DNA of 64,000 nt from Clostridia bacterium. Lineage in GTDB: Bacteria > Bacillota > Clostridia > TANB77 > CAG-508. Numbering within the stretch: position 1 is the first letter of the stretch; each line of letters begins with the position of its first letter. This document shows positions 10,618-21,093 of this stretch, one piece after another. A model generated the notes under the pieces. That model ran no database searches. It was not told the origin of the DNA and saw nothing but the letters and a program-made list of their open reading frames with translations. The position numbers and the translations under genes were made by a program. The DNA lies in assembly GCA_022790575.1 (NCBI GenBank), contig JAAVXM010000050.1, positions 5,515-69,514 on the forward strand, in the 5' to 3' direction.

Positions 10618-12750
10618 TTATCTATAATATATGTTCATATCTACATTCCCTGTAATTCCATCAACTTTCCCTTGTGATGTATATTGCCACATTTTATATG
10701 GTTTGTTATATGAACAACTGCTTCCCCATTGAGCAACCCATTTTTCGTAAACATCTATTCTTGGATTATTTAACTTGTAATTAAACCAATATAAGTTTGC
10801 ATATATTCCTACTTTGCTATATCCATTTGATTTTATCTTTTCACAAAATGCTACAGCCATTTCTACAAACATTTCATTACTTGGCATTCCATTACTAATT
10901 TTGTAGTCATCATCTTCTAGGTCATACCATATTCCAAGTTCAGGATTATGTCCTCTTACTAATCTTAATACATGGTCTGCTTCTGATAAAGCTCCTTCAA
11001 CATTTAATGCATATGAATATATATATATTCCATATGGTATTCCTAGTCTTTCACATTCACTAACATTATATTTAAACATTTGGTCATCTTGTGATATATC
11101 ATCTTTTCCATATCCACATCTGATTATTGCAAAATCTATTCCAGAATTTTTTACTTTTACCCAGTCTATCTTTCCTTGATGTTTAGATACATCTATCCCT
11201 GTTAGATGATTTGGAAATAAATTTACCAATATACTTACATTTTTTACTCTTCCATTAATATCTTCAATTGGAGTTGAATATATACTATTTTCTGTAAATA
11301 CTTTTGTATATTTATAACCATCTTCGCTTAATTTCCATGTTGGTTTTGTGTCTTTCATTTTTACTGATGAAATAATATCAACTTCTGCTCTTACTTTATC
11401 TATATATAAATATCTTACTTTTATTGTTGAATTATCTGATTCTGTATATGTATATTTTTTCATTTTGAATTCTATTTTTACTTTTGTTTTATTTCCATGA
11501 ACATCTTCAACATATGTGAAGTAACTTTGGTCTGTAGTAAATGTGTGTTGATATGTCATTTTATCTCCACTTAAAGTCCAATTTGGCTTTGTCTCTCCTA
11601 GTTCTTCATTTGCTTTTAAACTTACAATTACTTTATCATCATCAGTGTATTTATATTCAACTAACACTTCTGGTGAAGTTAAGTCTATTGCATCTATATT
11701 AAATTTTACCTCTATTATATTTCCATATTTGTCAACTACTGGTGTTGAATATGAAATATTTTCTGTAAATACTTTTGTATATATCTTTTTATCTTCACTT
11801 AATTTCCATGTTGGCTTTGTATCTTGTAACTCTGTATCTGATTTAATCATTGCAGTAACTTTATTTGTATTATAATCATATGCCCAATCTGTTGTTATTT
11901 TTGCTATTTTTACTTCTTTTATGTCTAATTCTGCCATTAATATGTTTCCATTTGTATCTTGGACTGGTGTTGAGTATTTTTGGTTTTCAGAAAATACTTT
12001 TGTATATGTTTTTCTGTCTTGACCTAATTCCCATGTTGGTTTTGTGTGTTGTAATGGTACACTTGAAATTATTTTTGCTGTTACTTTATTTGTATTTTCA
12101 TCATACTTCTTTTCTACTGTAATTGTGAAGTCTTTTATTTGTGTTATTTCTAATTTTACATCTATTATTTGACCATTTTTATCTTCTACTGGTGTTGAAT
12201 ATGTTTGATTAGCTGAAAATACCTTTGCATATGTCTTTCTGTCTTGGCTTAATTGCCATGTTGGCTTTGTATTTTTTAATTCTACATTTGATGTTATATA
12301 TGCTATTACTTGATTTGTATTTTCATTATATTCATATCTTACATCTACTTGTGTTGGCACTATCTTTGTTACATTTATTTGTACATCTATAATTTCTCCA
12401 TTTATGTTTTCTACTGGTGTTGAGTATGTTTGATTTGTAGAAAATACTTTTGTATATGTTTTTCTATCTTGGCTTAATTGCCATGTTGGTTTTGTATCTT
12501 TTAATTCTATATTAGATATTATATATATTGTTACTTGGTTTGTACTTTGATTGTATTCTTCTCTAACCGTTACTTTATCTCCAACTGCCCTTTCATTATT
12601 TCCTTTTTGAATTACACTATCGATATTCTTATTATATTCTTTTACTGTTTTGTCTTTATTTAAAGTTGTATTAGCATTTACATATCCTGAGAACATAATC
12701 CCAAAACATAGTAGTAATGTTATAATCTTTAAAATTATTTTATTTTTCAT
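10618..12750 (-). CDS. Secreted GH25 muramidase (lysozyme) with six N-terminal ~75-aa tandem repeats
   Basis: Signal peptide MKNKIILKIITLLLCFGIMFSGYVNA. C-terminal GH25 pattern GIDVSKHQGKIDWVKVKNSGIDFAIIRCGYG...WQYTSQGKVDGITGNVDMNIYY. Repeats are listed as a separate feature. Confidence 0.85.
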   Translation of the reverse strand: MKNKIILKIITLLLCFGIMFSGYVNANTTLNKDKTVKEYNKNIDSVIQKGNNERAVGDKVTVREEYNQSTNQVTIYIISNIELKDTKPTWQLSQDRKTYTKVFSTNQTYSTPVENINGEIIDVQINVTKIVPTQVDVRYEYNENTNQVIAYITSNVELKNTKPTWQLSQDRKTYAKVFSANQTYSTPVEDKNGQIIDVKLEITQIKDFTITVEKKYDENTNKVTAKIISSVPLQHTKPTWELGQDRKTYTKVFSENQKYSTPVQDTNGNILMAELDIKEVKIAKITTDWAYDYNTNKVTAMIKSDTELQDTKPTWKLSEDKKIYTKVFTENISYSTPVVDKYGNIIEVKFNIDAIDLTSPEVLVEYKYTDDDKVIVSLKANEELGETKPNWTLSGDKMTYQHTFTTDQSYFTYVEDVHGNKTKVKIEFKMKKYTYTESDNSTIKVRYLYIDKVRAEVDIISSVKMKDTKPTWKLSEDGYKYTKVFTENSIYSTPIEDINGRVKNVSILVNLFPNHLTGIDVSKHQGKIDWVKVKNSGIDFAIIRCGYGKDDISQDDQMFKYNVSECERLGIPYGIYIYSYALNVEGALSEADHVLRLVRGHNPELGIWYDLEDDDYKISNGMPSNEMFVEMAVAFCEKIKSNGYSKVGIYANLYWFNYKLNNPRIDVYEKWVAQWGSSCSYNKPYKMWQYTSQGKVDGITGNVDMNIYYR
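11221..12579 (-). repeat. Six in-frame tandem coding repeats (~225 bp / ~75 aa each) inside the muramidase gene
   Basis: The core motif TKPTW(Q/E/K)LS.D.K.YTKVF..N..YSTPV.D.NG recurs at aa 86, 161, 236, 311, 387 and 468. Copies 1 and 2 are nearly identical at protein level. Confidence 0.8.
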
Positions 12751-12888
12751 AATAAATCAATTTCCTTTCATTTCAAATTATTCAAATCAGAAAATATTTA
12801 GTTTATTATTTTTATCTTTCTGACTTATTCATCTCATAATATTCTATCATTTTTTATTATTTAATTCAATCGTTTTTTTGCATTACAT

Positions 12889-14763
12889 TTAATTTCTAGG
12901 TTTAGAAACATTTGACATTCTATATAATATATATCCTTGTATTGTAGTTTCTTTATTCATAATACTTTGTTCTACATAATTAACTAGTTCTTTTTTCTCT
13001 TTATTAACAATAATCCAGTCTACATGGTTTTCTATTAGTTTATTATTAAATTCTTTAATTGAATATTCGAAATGTTCTATATCATATATTTGTTCTAATT
13101 CTAATCTAGCTTTTTCTATTTCTTGATTATTAATTTTATGTTTATATAATTCTCTTGAACAAATTAGTTTTATTTTTGAAGTTAATTGTCTCATCATACA
13201 ACTATGATATGAGTCAGATGGTGCTAATACTACTATGTCGTCTCTATTCTCTTCTTTTTGTAGAATATAATTGGTTTGTTCTATTATATATTGGGGTATT
13301 CTTTGTGCATTTTCATTTAATGGCTTTTTATAAGCAAATTTCCCATTTATTATAAGCAGTAATAAACTTATTACAATAACAATCATTTTTACATTTTTGT
13401 TTTTTCCTTTAACTAGCAATATTGTAATTGCATATGCTATTGATGTTTCTATTGGCAGTAGCCATAATACCCTCCAAAATGTTGCAGAACTTGTTAAGTA
13501 TTTTGCTATAATGTTTGATAAAAATGGATTCCATATTGTTATCAAATTTATTAATTGTATTATTAAAAAATATATTTTGGCTCGTTTACTTCCTAATAGT
13601 GCTATAACAATTAATGATACTAAATAATATAAAATATAAGCTTTACTTCCATACAAAGTTAAACAGTACTTGATACTTACTTGTTCACGTGGTAATTCGA
13701 TTTGTACTGGATAATTTTTTATTAAAACTACTAATATAATTACATATATTAATATCGGTATAAATGTTATAATCATATTGCCTATATCTTTTATTTTTAA
13801 TTTTACTATTTTCAATATTCCAAATGATAAATATACAAATGATACTATAAATATTGATGTTGAACTTAAATGTACTGCAGCTAGATTTGCTAAAAATAGT
13901 ATAATTATATCTGCTTTATTTGTCACACTAATCATTCTTAGTAATGATGCTATAATTACATTTAATATTATATTTATAAATAATGCTTTTCCTTGCCATA
14001 TTTTGTACAATAAACATCCAGCTTTAAATTTTGTTGAAAAACATGTAAATATAAATATTACTGATAAAAATATAATAAATATCTTAGAACTTCTTTTATT
14101 TAATATTGTGTTTGCAAAATAATAATATGAAATATATGAAATTCCAATAAATATTATTGGTATTAATGTATGATATATTATTGTTGGATTTAGATTAAAT
14201 ATCTTAGAAAATATCGCAACAGATAATTCATAACTTGGAATTCTTTCTAATGGAGTTAATAATGAATATTCTCCATTACTATACCCCATACTTGGCTCTT
14301 CCATATAAATATTTTCACTATCTATACTTGTTGTTGTTAAACTCACATAATATGAATCATCTGCATTTTCTGTAAAAATGGTTACAGTTGCAATTATTTG
14401 AAATATAATAAGTGCAATCATGATACAAAATATTACTTTGTCTAAAATAGGTTTATTATTTATGTATTTCTTTAAATCGATTTTATTTTTATTTGATTCT
14501 TTTCCTCTATTAATCAAAAATGATAACACTATTAATGTTAATATTAGTACTATATTTAAAATACAACAAACTTTAAATGATGTATGTAGTATAATACATG
14601 GTGTTAGAATAATCTGATTACTTGCAAAAAACAGTATTGTCCCATATATTATTGTATTCACAATTTTGCTTTGAGTTTGACCAATAAACTTTTCTACTAA
14701 TTTTCCATATCTATATATAATAAATAAAAGTACAATTATATATAACATGCTTTTTATTATCAT
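12889..14763 (-). CDS. Polytopic membrane protein, DUF6077-like; putative GT-C-type glycosyltransferase/polymerase with C-terminal soluble domain
   Basis: 624 aa with more than 10 predicted TM helices. There is an extracytoplasmic-loop motif ENADDSYYVSL after early TMs and a ~140-aa hydrophilic C-terminus. GGAGGG RBS. Located at the distal end of the polysaccharide locus next to wzx. Confidence 0.5.
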   Translation of the reverse strand: MIIKSMLYIIVLLFIIYRYGKLVEKFIGQTQSKIVNTIIYGTILFFASNQIILTPCIILHTSFKVCCILNIVLILTLIVLSFLINRGKESNKNKIDLKKYINNKPILDKVIFCIMIALIIFQIIATVTIFTENADDSYYVSLTTTSIDSENIYMEEPSMGYSNGEYSLLTPLERIPSYELSVAIFSKIFNLNPTIIYHTLIPIIFIGISYISYYYFANTILNKRSSKIFIIFLSVIFIFTCFSTKFKAGCLLYKIWQGKALFINIILNVIIASLLRMISVTNKADIIILFLANLAAVHLSSTSIFIVSFVYLSFGILKIVKLKIKDIGNMIITFIPILIYVIILVVLIKNYPVQIELPREQVSIKYCLTLYGSKAYILYYLVSLIVIALLGSKRAKIYFLIIQLINLITIWNPFLSNIIAKYLTSSATFWRVLWLLPIETSIAYAITILLVKGKNKNVKMIVIVISLLLLIINGKFAYKKPLNENAQRIPQYIIEQTNYILQKEENRDDIVVLAPSDSYHSCMMRQLTSKIKLICSRELYKHKINNQEIEKARLELEQIYDIEHFEYSIKEFNNKLIENHVDWIIVNKEKKELVNYVEQSIMNKETTIQGYILYRMSNVSKPRN

Positions 14764-14806
14764 TTGTATATCTTCCCTCCATTATTTTTTTCAATTTTGC
14801 TTTTTG

Positions 14807-16267
14807 TTAACTTTGGCTTATTTTTGTTTTGCTCTTTTTTAGTCCATCAAGAACTTGTTTAATAACATCAATTAAAAACTGGTATTTCAATAATAATAAC
14901 ATTACTAAATATACAACTACACCTGCAATAATCTCTATAGCTGTATTAATTATACCTACACTTAAATAGTGAGATAATAAATTTACTACTATGTACATAA
15001 TAATTCCACTTATTAAGCATTTTATTGACAGTTTTAAAATATGTATTATTGAAAATTGTTGTTTAACATATTTTAGTTGAGTACCTAAAATTACTATCTC
15101 TGCTATTATTGATGCTATTGCTGCTCCTATTGCTCCAAAATATTTTATTAATATTATATTTAATATAATATTAACTATTGCTCCTATTGTAACAGATTTT
15201 GTGAATATATTTTGTTTTCCTGTTTGTACTAAATATTGAGTCCCTGTTATTCCATTGAGTCCCATTATAAGTACTATTGGGGCTGTTGCTATTAAGATTG
15301 AACTTACTCCATCAAACCCCTCTCCATAAAACCATGGAACAAATTTTGTTGCAATTCCCATCATTCCAAACATCATTGGAATTGCAAGAAACCATACAAA
15401 ATTAAATGATTTCTCTAAACATAATTTTATTTCTTTTTCATCTTTTACTGAATATGCATTTGCAATTCTTGAATTCATTACAATTTGTAGTGCACTTACT
15501 ACTGTTAGTGTCGCTGTTACTATTTTTTGTGCTTGGTCATAATAACCTACTTCTGTCATGTTTTTTGTAATTTCACCTATCATTACTTTATCTAATACTG
15601 TATATATTTGAATTGCTATTTGTGGGATAAATAATGATAATATTGGTTTCATATGTTTTTTTATTTCTAATTCTTTTATTTTTACTTTTTGTAAATATTT
15701 AGGTAAATACACCCATAATGTCATATTTCCTATTAATTCTGCACTAGTAAATATTACAAAATACTTCCATAAATCTCCTTCAGTTTTTACTACTGTAAAT
15801 GTTAAAACTAAACTTATTGCTTTTACTACTACATTTCTTACAACCGTTTTATCAAACTCTTCCATTCCTTGGAATAACCAACTTATATCAAACATATATC
15901 CTATCATTTGTATTATAAGTATTTTATAATATATTGCATACTCTCCACTTCTACCATATATTAAATAAAATAAAAGAATTGATATACTTAATGTAACTGT
16001 TCTTAAAATTACTATTTCATAAAATGCTTTGCTTCTTGCTTTTTTATCTTCTCCTTTGTATGCAATTTCTCTTTGACCATACATTGAAACTCCTAGTGTT
16101 CCAAATAAGATAAAATATGTGACTACTGATACAGTATAACCATATATTCCTATATTTTCAGCTCCCAATATTCTTGATAGATATGGAATAATTATTAATG
16201 GTAATAGTACTGTTAACATTTGATATATTAAATTATATATATAATTTTTAGCAATACTTTTTTTCAT
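14807..16267 (-). CDS. wzx: Oligosaccharide/polysaccharide flippase (MOP superfamily, Wzx-like)
   Basis: 486 aa, about 12-14 TM. N-terminus NYIYNLIYQMLTVLLPLIIIPYLSRILGAENIGIYGY is typical of PST-family flippases. Confidence 0.85.
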   Translation of the reverse strand: MKKSIAKNYIYNLIYQMLTVLLPLIIIPYLSRILGAENIGIYGYTVSVVTYFILFGTLGVSMYGQREIAYKGEDKKARSKAFYEIVILRTVTLSISILLFYLIYGRSGEYAIYYKILIIQMIGYMFDISWLFQGMEEFDKTVVRNVVVKAISLVLTFTVVKTEGDLWKYFVIFTSAELIGNMTLWVYLPKYLQKVKIKELEIKKHMKPILSLFIPQIAIQIYTVLDKVMIGEITKNMTEVGYYDQAQKIVTATLTVVSALQIVMNSRIANAYSVKDEKEIKLCLEKSFNFVWFLAIPMMFGMMGIATKFVPWFYGEGFDGVSSILIATAPIVLIMGLNGITGTQYLVQTGKQNIFTKSVTIGAIVNIILNIILIKYFGAIGAAIASIIAEIVILGTQLKYVKQQFSIIHILKLSIKCLISGIIMYIVVNLLSHYLSVGIINTAIEIIAGVVVYLVMLLLLKYQFLIDVIKQVLDGLKKSKTKISQS

Positions 16268-16318
16268 TATCTCTCCTTTTTATTAATTATAATTTATACT
16301 TTATATTTTATGTTTTGT

Positions 16319-17341
16319 TTAAAACTTGATATCAATTTTCAATTTGTCAACTAAAAATCTATATACTTTAATATATACCATAGGCATTCCCATCTTGTAG
16401 AATAATGAAACTCCCCAAAAAGCTATATGTTTAAATCCTTTTTTCACTGAATATCCTAGTTTCAAAAATGGTGATTTTCTCCAATTTGAGAAATTCTCGT
16501 CTAAATATTTAATTGTTTCTTTTAACATTTGATTCATATTAACTGTTTTATCGTAAGAAATTCTATACATTACTGATGTTCCTAAGTGTAAAAATGCAAA
16601 TGTATCTAGAATATATTTCATTTCTTCATATTTTTTAGATTTTATATATAATTCCTTTACCTCCAAAAGGTATTTTTTTAGGTTTTTTACATCTTGCTCA
16701 TTTATTGTATGTATTTGTGAATCATATCTCAAATAATAATGATATAATATGTCTGGTACAAATGCTATTTTATTTATTATAGTATAACAACTTGCCAAAA
16801 ACATGGTATCATTAAAGCCTCTAAATTCTAAAAATCTTAAATCTTTTATTTTCTCTCTTCTATAAACTTTATTCCATGGTGCTGGATTTACAAATAATAT
16901 GCAATCATCTTTTACTGAGTTTCCAAAATTAATCATATTTCTTGCTACTACTTTGTTTGTTTTTAAATCTATTCTTTCAAATCCACATACGGCTAAATCT
17001 GCATCGTTTTCTTTTGCTGCATTATATAGTTTCTCTGCCCAATTGGGTTCAACATAATCATCTGTATCTACAAATGTTACATATTCACCAATAGCTCTTT
17101 CTAATCCATAATTTCTAGTTGTAAATTCTCCTCCATTTTGCTTATGAAATACTTTTATTTTATCTGGGTATCTTTTTTGATAATCTTCTATTATTTGTGG
17201 TGCACTATCTGTTGACCCATCATTAACACATAATATCTCAATTTCTTGTAATGTTTGATTTACTAATGAGTCTAAACACCTTGGAAGATATTTTTCTAAG
17301 TTATATACAGCTGCTACAATTGAGAGTTTTATATTACTCAT
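16319..17341 (-). CDS. Family 2 glycosyltransferase
   Basis: LSIVAAVYNLEKYLPRCLDSLVNQTLQEIEILCVNDGSTD and a DxD-like VDTDDY motif. Confidence 0.85.
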   Translation of the reverse strand: MSNIKLSIVAAVYNLEKYLPRCLDSLVNQTLQEIEILCVNDGSTDSAPQIIEDYQKRYPDKIKVFHKQNGGEFTTRNYGLERAIGEYVTFVDTDDYVEPNWAEKLYNAAKENDADLAVCGFERIDLKTNKVVARNMINFGNSVKDDCILFVNPAPWNKVYRREKIKDLRFLEFRGFNDTMFLASCYTIINKIAFVPDILYHYYLRYDSQIHTINEQDVKNLKKYLLEVKELYIKSKKYEEMKYILDTFAFLHLGTSVMYRISYDKTVNMNQMLKETIKYLDENFSNWRKSPFLKLGYSVKKGFKHIAFWGVSLFYKMGMPMVYIKVYRFLVDKLKIDIKF

Positions 17342-17397
17342 TTTATTCTCATTCCTTTCACTAGGTATAAATCTGGTTATAAAAAATTTGAATATTT

Positions 17398-17754
17398 TTA
17401 TTTATTATTTTTCTCTAATTCTTCTACTCTTTTCTTTAAGGTAGATATTTCTTGTATTAGCAGTATATTTCTATTTTGTTCTTTTGATATTAGTGTTGTT
17501 AAATTATATATTAAATATAGAATTATAAATATAGCTATACTAAATATCATATTTATTGGCATTTCAAACCCCAACAGACTAGCAGCATCTTCTACTAAAT
17601 TAGGTACAAGTAATGCAATAATCAATATTATCCCTGTTATAGACCAAAAAATCAAATAGTTTATTCTCATATTTTTCTTCTTTACTGCTTTGACTATACA
17701 TAATAAGTATATTACTAAAATAATTATTAGTGCTATTTTTAATGATATTTGCAT
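17398..17754 (-). CDS. DUF2304-like small membrane protein with C-terminal coiled-coil
   Basis: 118 aa with 3-4 TM and a tail ISTLKKRVEELEKNNK. Its ATG overlaps the stop of the upstream GtrB-like GT2 (TAATG at 17752-17756), which implies translational coupling. Confidence 0.55.
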   Translation of the reverse strand: MQISLKIALIIILVIYLLCIVKAVKKKNMRINYLIFWSITGIILIIALLVPNLVEDAASLLGFEMPINMIFSIAIFIILYLIYNLTTLISKEQNRNILLIQEISTLKKRVEELEKNNK

Positions 17755-18470
17755 TATCTTTTTCCTCCTCTTCTTCTAAAACTTATACTATCTATTATTA
17801 TTGCTAATACTACTTTAACCATATAGTCTACAGTTTTCCATAATCTTATAGAAGATACTCCACCTGTTCTCTCATTCATACTTACTGGGACTTCTTCTAT
17901 TTTATATTTATTTACTAATAATGATACTGTTGATTCTGGCTCTGGATACTCTATTGGATATTCTTTTGCAAATTCTTCTATAACTTTTTTATTGGCAGCT
18001 CTAAATCCTGATGTTGGGTCTGTTATCTTTTTTCCACAAAAAATTCTGATGAAAATTGAAATAATCTTTGAACCCAATCTTCTCATAAATGTAGATTGGA
18101 ATTCACTTTCTTTTTTGTCCAAATACCTTGTTCCAATAGACATGTCAGCTTGTCCTTTTATTATTGGTTCACATATTGCTGAAATGTAACTAACATCATG
18201 TTGTCCATCTCCATCAAATTGTATTGCTATATCATAATTATTTTCATATGCATACTTATATCCTGTTTGAACAGCCCCTCCAATACCTAAATTCTGTATT
18301 AAATTTATATGTTTTATATTGTTTTCTTTCAAAATATTTAAAGTATTATCTTTAGAACCATCATTTATAACAATATAATCAATTTCTTCACCATATTCTT
18401 TTATCTTTTTTACTGTGTTTACTATATTTTCTTGTTCATTATATGCTGGTATAATTAATAGTATTTTCAT
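17754..18470 (-). CDS. Polyprenyl-phosphate glycosyltransferase (GT2, GtrB/DPM1-like)
   Basis: MKILLIIPAYNEQENIVNTV..VINDGSKDNT..QFDGDGQHD; short soluble GT2 of the bactoprenol-sugar synthase type. Confidence 0.85.
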   Translation of the reverse strand: MKILLIIPAYNEQENIVNTVKKIKEYGEEIDYIVINDGSKDNTLNILKENNIKHINLIQNLGIGGAVQTGYKYAYENNYDIAIQFDGDGQHDVSYISAICEPIIKGQADMSIGTRYLDKKESEFQSTFMRRLGSKIISIFIRIFCGKKITDPTSGFRAANKKVIEEFAKEYPIEYPEPESTVSLLVNKYKIEEVPVSMNERTGGVSSIRLWKTVDYMVKVVLAIIIDSISFRRRGGKR

Positions 18471-18484
18471 TAACTTTCCCCCTT

Positions 18485-20038
18485 TTACATATATCTACCC
18501 ATTATTGCTAATAATGTAAATATATTTAATACAAATGACATTGTCATCATTTTGGTATTTAAATTCTTAACTTCCCAATTTGTATCTTTTTTCACTAAAC
18601 ATAATAATAGCAAAAATAAAATTGGTGTATAATATCTTCCTTGTACTCCACATATTCTTTCTAACCCAACTGGAGTCCATGTTAAATACATATATATTTT
18701 TAATAATGCTGATATTGCAAGCAATAAAGTTATTATCCAAACCTTAGATTTTGCACTTATTGAATATTTGCTTTTTTCAGATATTGCTGATATTACTAGT
18801 AATATTATAAATATTAATATTATTCCCATATTTACATCAACATCTAACCAGCCTAGTTGTGCTCCAACAGCCCCAAATATATATTCTTGTCCATACATTA
18901 AGAATTCCATTATAAATGTTTTTGTAAATTCAAGTGGTTGTTCTTTAATGTATGATAATTGTCTTCCTGCATCAACATTTGCTGATTTAAAATATTCAAC
19001 AAATACTTCTGGTGCTGACTTGAATCTTGATGTAAATACAAACCATACACTTGAAAATATCGCACCTATTAAAATCATTATTCCTATTGTTTTTAATGTT
19101 TCTTTTCTTTCTTCTTTGTTTTTAAATAATTTAATAAATAAAATTCCTGCAATTAAAATATAAATATATTTAAACATTGCTATTAATGCTGTTAATACAT
19201 ATAAAATAATTTTATCTTTTTTCGTTAGTGGTGTTTCTTTAAATACCATGTATAATAAATGAACTATATAATAAACTAATGTTATATTTAATATTGCATC
19301 AGCTGAACAAGACCCTACTTGCTGTAACATCATTGGCATACATAAATATATTGACATCATAATTTTTCCAAATGGTATTTTTCTTATTGTAAAATAACTA
19401 AATATTAAAAATATTACTATATTAAATAATCTTGCTAAATAAATTGCTAAAAATATATTAATATTTAATAATCTACATATTGCTATCGAAAATGAAGTTC
19501 CAATATATAATATTGGTGAATTACCTTGAGCTGCACATGCTATTTTAACTTGTTCTGAATAATTCGTTTCTTTTGATATTTCATCATATACATTTTTATA
19601 ATTTTGAATACGTAAATATGAGTAATTTTCTATCTCTTTTGTTATTACTGAATATGAATTTCCTTGTTCATCAATTTGTGTAGCTAAATTCCCTAATGAA
19701 ATATCATATGCTTTTACAATATGAGAGCCTTCATCTGGTACATTTAGTGGCAATACAAATATTGCATATCCTATACTTATTGGAATTGCAAATGCAAGAA
19801 AAATCTTTTCTACTACACCTTTATTTTTTTTACAAGTATATATTATTATTGCAATAACTACTATTCCTAGTATTATTGAATATATTATTTTATTTAATGG
19901 GTAATATCCTTGATATGCTTTTGTTGTGAATACACTTAGTACCTGTGTTGCTAGTAATGTTGAGATAAGAAATTCTATAACATATGTTGATTTACTTAAT
20001 ATTGTATTAAATATTTTTAATATCTTTTCTTTTTCCAT
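18485..20038 (-). CDS. DUF2142-like polytopic membrane protein; putative GT-C glycosyltransferase using a lipid-linked sugar donor
   Basis: 517 aa, many TM. It has a first-loop motif NVPDEGSHIVKAY resembling the PDE..H signature of DUF2142. It sits directly upstream of the GtrB-like/DUF2304 pair. Confidence 0.6.
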   Translation of the reverse strand: MEKEKILKIFNTILSKSTYVIEFLISTLLATQVLSVFTTKAYQGYYPLNKIIYSIILGIVVIAIIIYTCKKNKGVVEKIFLAFAIPISIGYAIFVLPLNVPDEGSHIVKAYDISLGNLATQIDEQGNSYSVITKEIENYSYLRIQNYKNVYDEISKETNYSEQVKIACAAQGNSPILYIGTSFSIAICRLLNINIFLAIYLARLFNIVIFLIFSYFTIRKIPFGKIMMSIYLCMPMMLQQVGSCSADAILNITLVYYIVHLLYMVFKETPLTKKDKIILYVLTALIAMFKYIYILIAGILFIKLFKNKEERKETLKTIGIMILIGAIFSSVWFVFTSRFKSAPEVFVEYFKSANVDAGRQLSYIKEQPLEFTKTFIMEFLMYGQEYIFGAVGAQLGWLDVDVNMGIILIFIILLVISAISEKSKYSISAKSKVWIITLLLAISALLKIYMYLTWTPVGLERICGVQGRYYTPILFLLLLCLVKKDTNWEVKNLNTKMMTMSFVLNIFTLLAIMGRYM

Positions 20039-20045
20039 TAATTAA

Positions 20046-21092
20046 TCATTCCTTTTCTAGCTTCGATTCTCGTATTGATAAAATTTCTTTGTCTTTTTTG
20101 AAGAAATTTATAAGACTCTTGTTTATCATATATAGTAATTTTGCAAATATTATTATTTCAAGCCATATTGTTATATATAATAATACAGTTCCTGCAATTC
20201 CATATACTTGTCCTTGAAAATTGCTTTCAACTTTTTGTATTAAATAATGATGAACTAAAAATATTGCATAAGAATATTTACCAATTGTTGTAAATATCTT
20301 TTGTATTATTATATTTTTTATTTTTTGTCCTACATATGCTATAGTAATAAAAAGTCCATATGCTGAGATATTTGTAAACAATACTAACATGTTCATATCT
20401 TTTGCTGGTAGTAAATATCCTATAATTGCTATAATTAGCCCTATCCCTGCTTGCCATATTTTAAATTGTTTTACATTTATTATATACATTCCCAATAAAA
20501 AGCTATATATAGATACTATAAAGTTTTTATTTATTGGCATTGTTCCATTTTTGTAAAATAGTAATACTGCTAAATTTAATATTGTTGCAATTACAAATGT
20601 TGTTTTTGGATATTTATTTACAATTTTCCTTAAAAGCGGAAATACCAAATATATTAATACTATACATCCTAAAAACCATTCACCAATTAAATAAAATGTC
20701 TTTATATATGGGCTTAAATATCCATCCATTGCAAATAGTGATGCTAACATATTTTGTGGTGGTAGCCCCCACACATTTCCTTTATTCATATAAAATAAAT
20801 ATATAAATAGTGCTCCATATGCTATCCAAAACATTGGATATATTCCTACAAATCTTTTTTTTATGTATTGCTTCAATTCTAACTTTTCTTTATAGTTATA
20901 CATAAGAGATGCACCTGATATCATAAAAAATAGTGCAACTCCTATGATTCCCCATTTTCCATTAGAAAATATTGTGTTTGTTCCAACAATATTATTCTCT
21001 GCAAAATGAGCATAAAAATGGTATGTTACTATCATGAACATTGAAAGAACTCTTATAAAATCTATATAAAATATTTTTTCCTTTTTATCCAC
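20046..21092 (-). CDS. Acyltransferase family 3 membrane O-acyltransferase (OafA/WecH-like)
   Basis: 348 aa, about 10 TM, N-terminal FYIDFIRVLSMFMIVTYHF motif. Confidence 0.8.
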   Translation of the reverse strand: MDKKEKIFYIDFIRVLSMFMIVTYHFYAHFAENNIVGTNTIFSNGKWGIIGVALFFMISGASLMYNYKEKLELKQYIKKRFVGIYPMFWIAYGALFIYLFYMNKGNVWGLPPQNMLASLFAMDGYLSPYIKTFYLIGEWFLGCIVLIYLVFPLLRKIVNKYPKTTFVIATILNLAVLLFYKNGTMPINKNFIVSIYSFLLGMYIINVKQFKIWQAGIGLIIAIIGYLLPAKDMNMLVLFTNISAYGLFITIAYVGQKIKNIIIQKIFTTIGKYSYAIFLVHHYLIQKVESNFQGQVYGIAGTVLLYITIWLEIIIFAKLLYMINKSLINFFKKDKEILSIRESKLEKE

Positions 21093-21093
21093 T

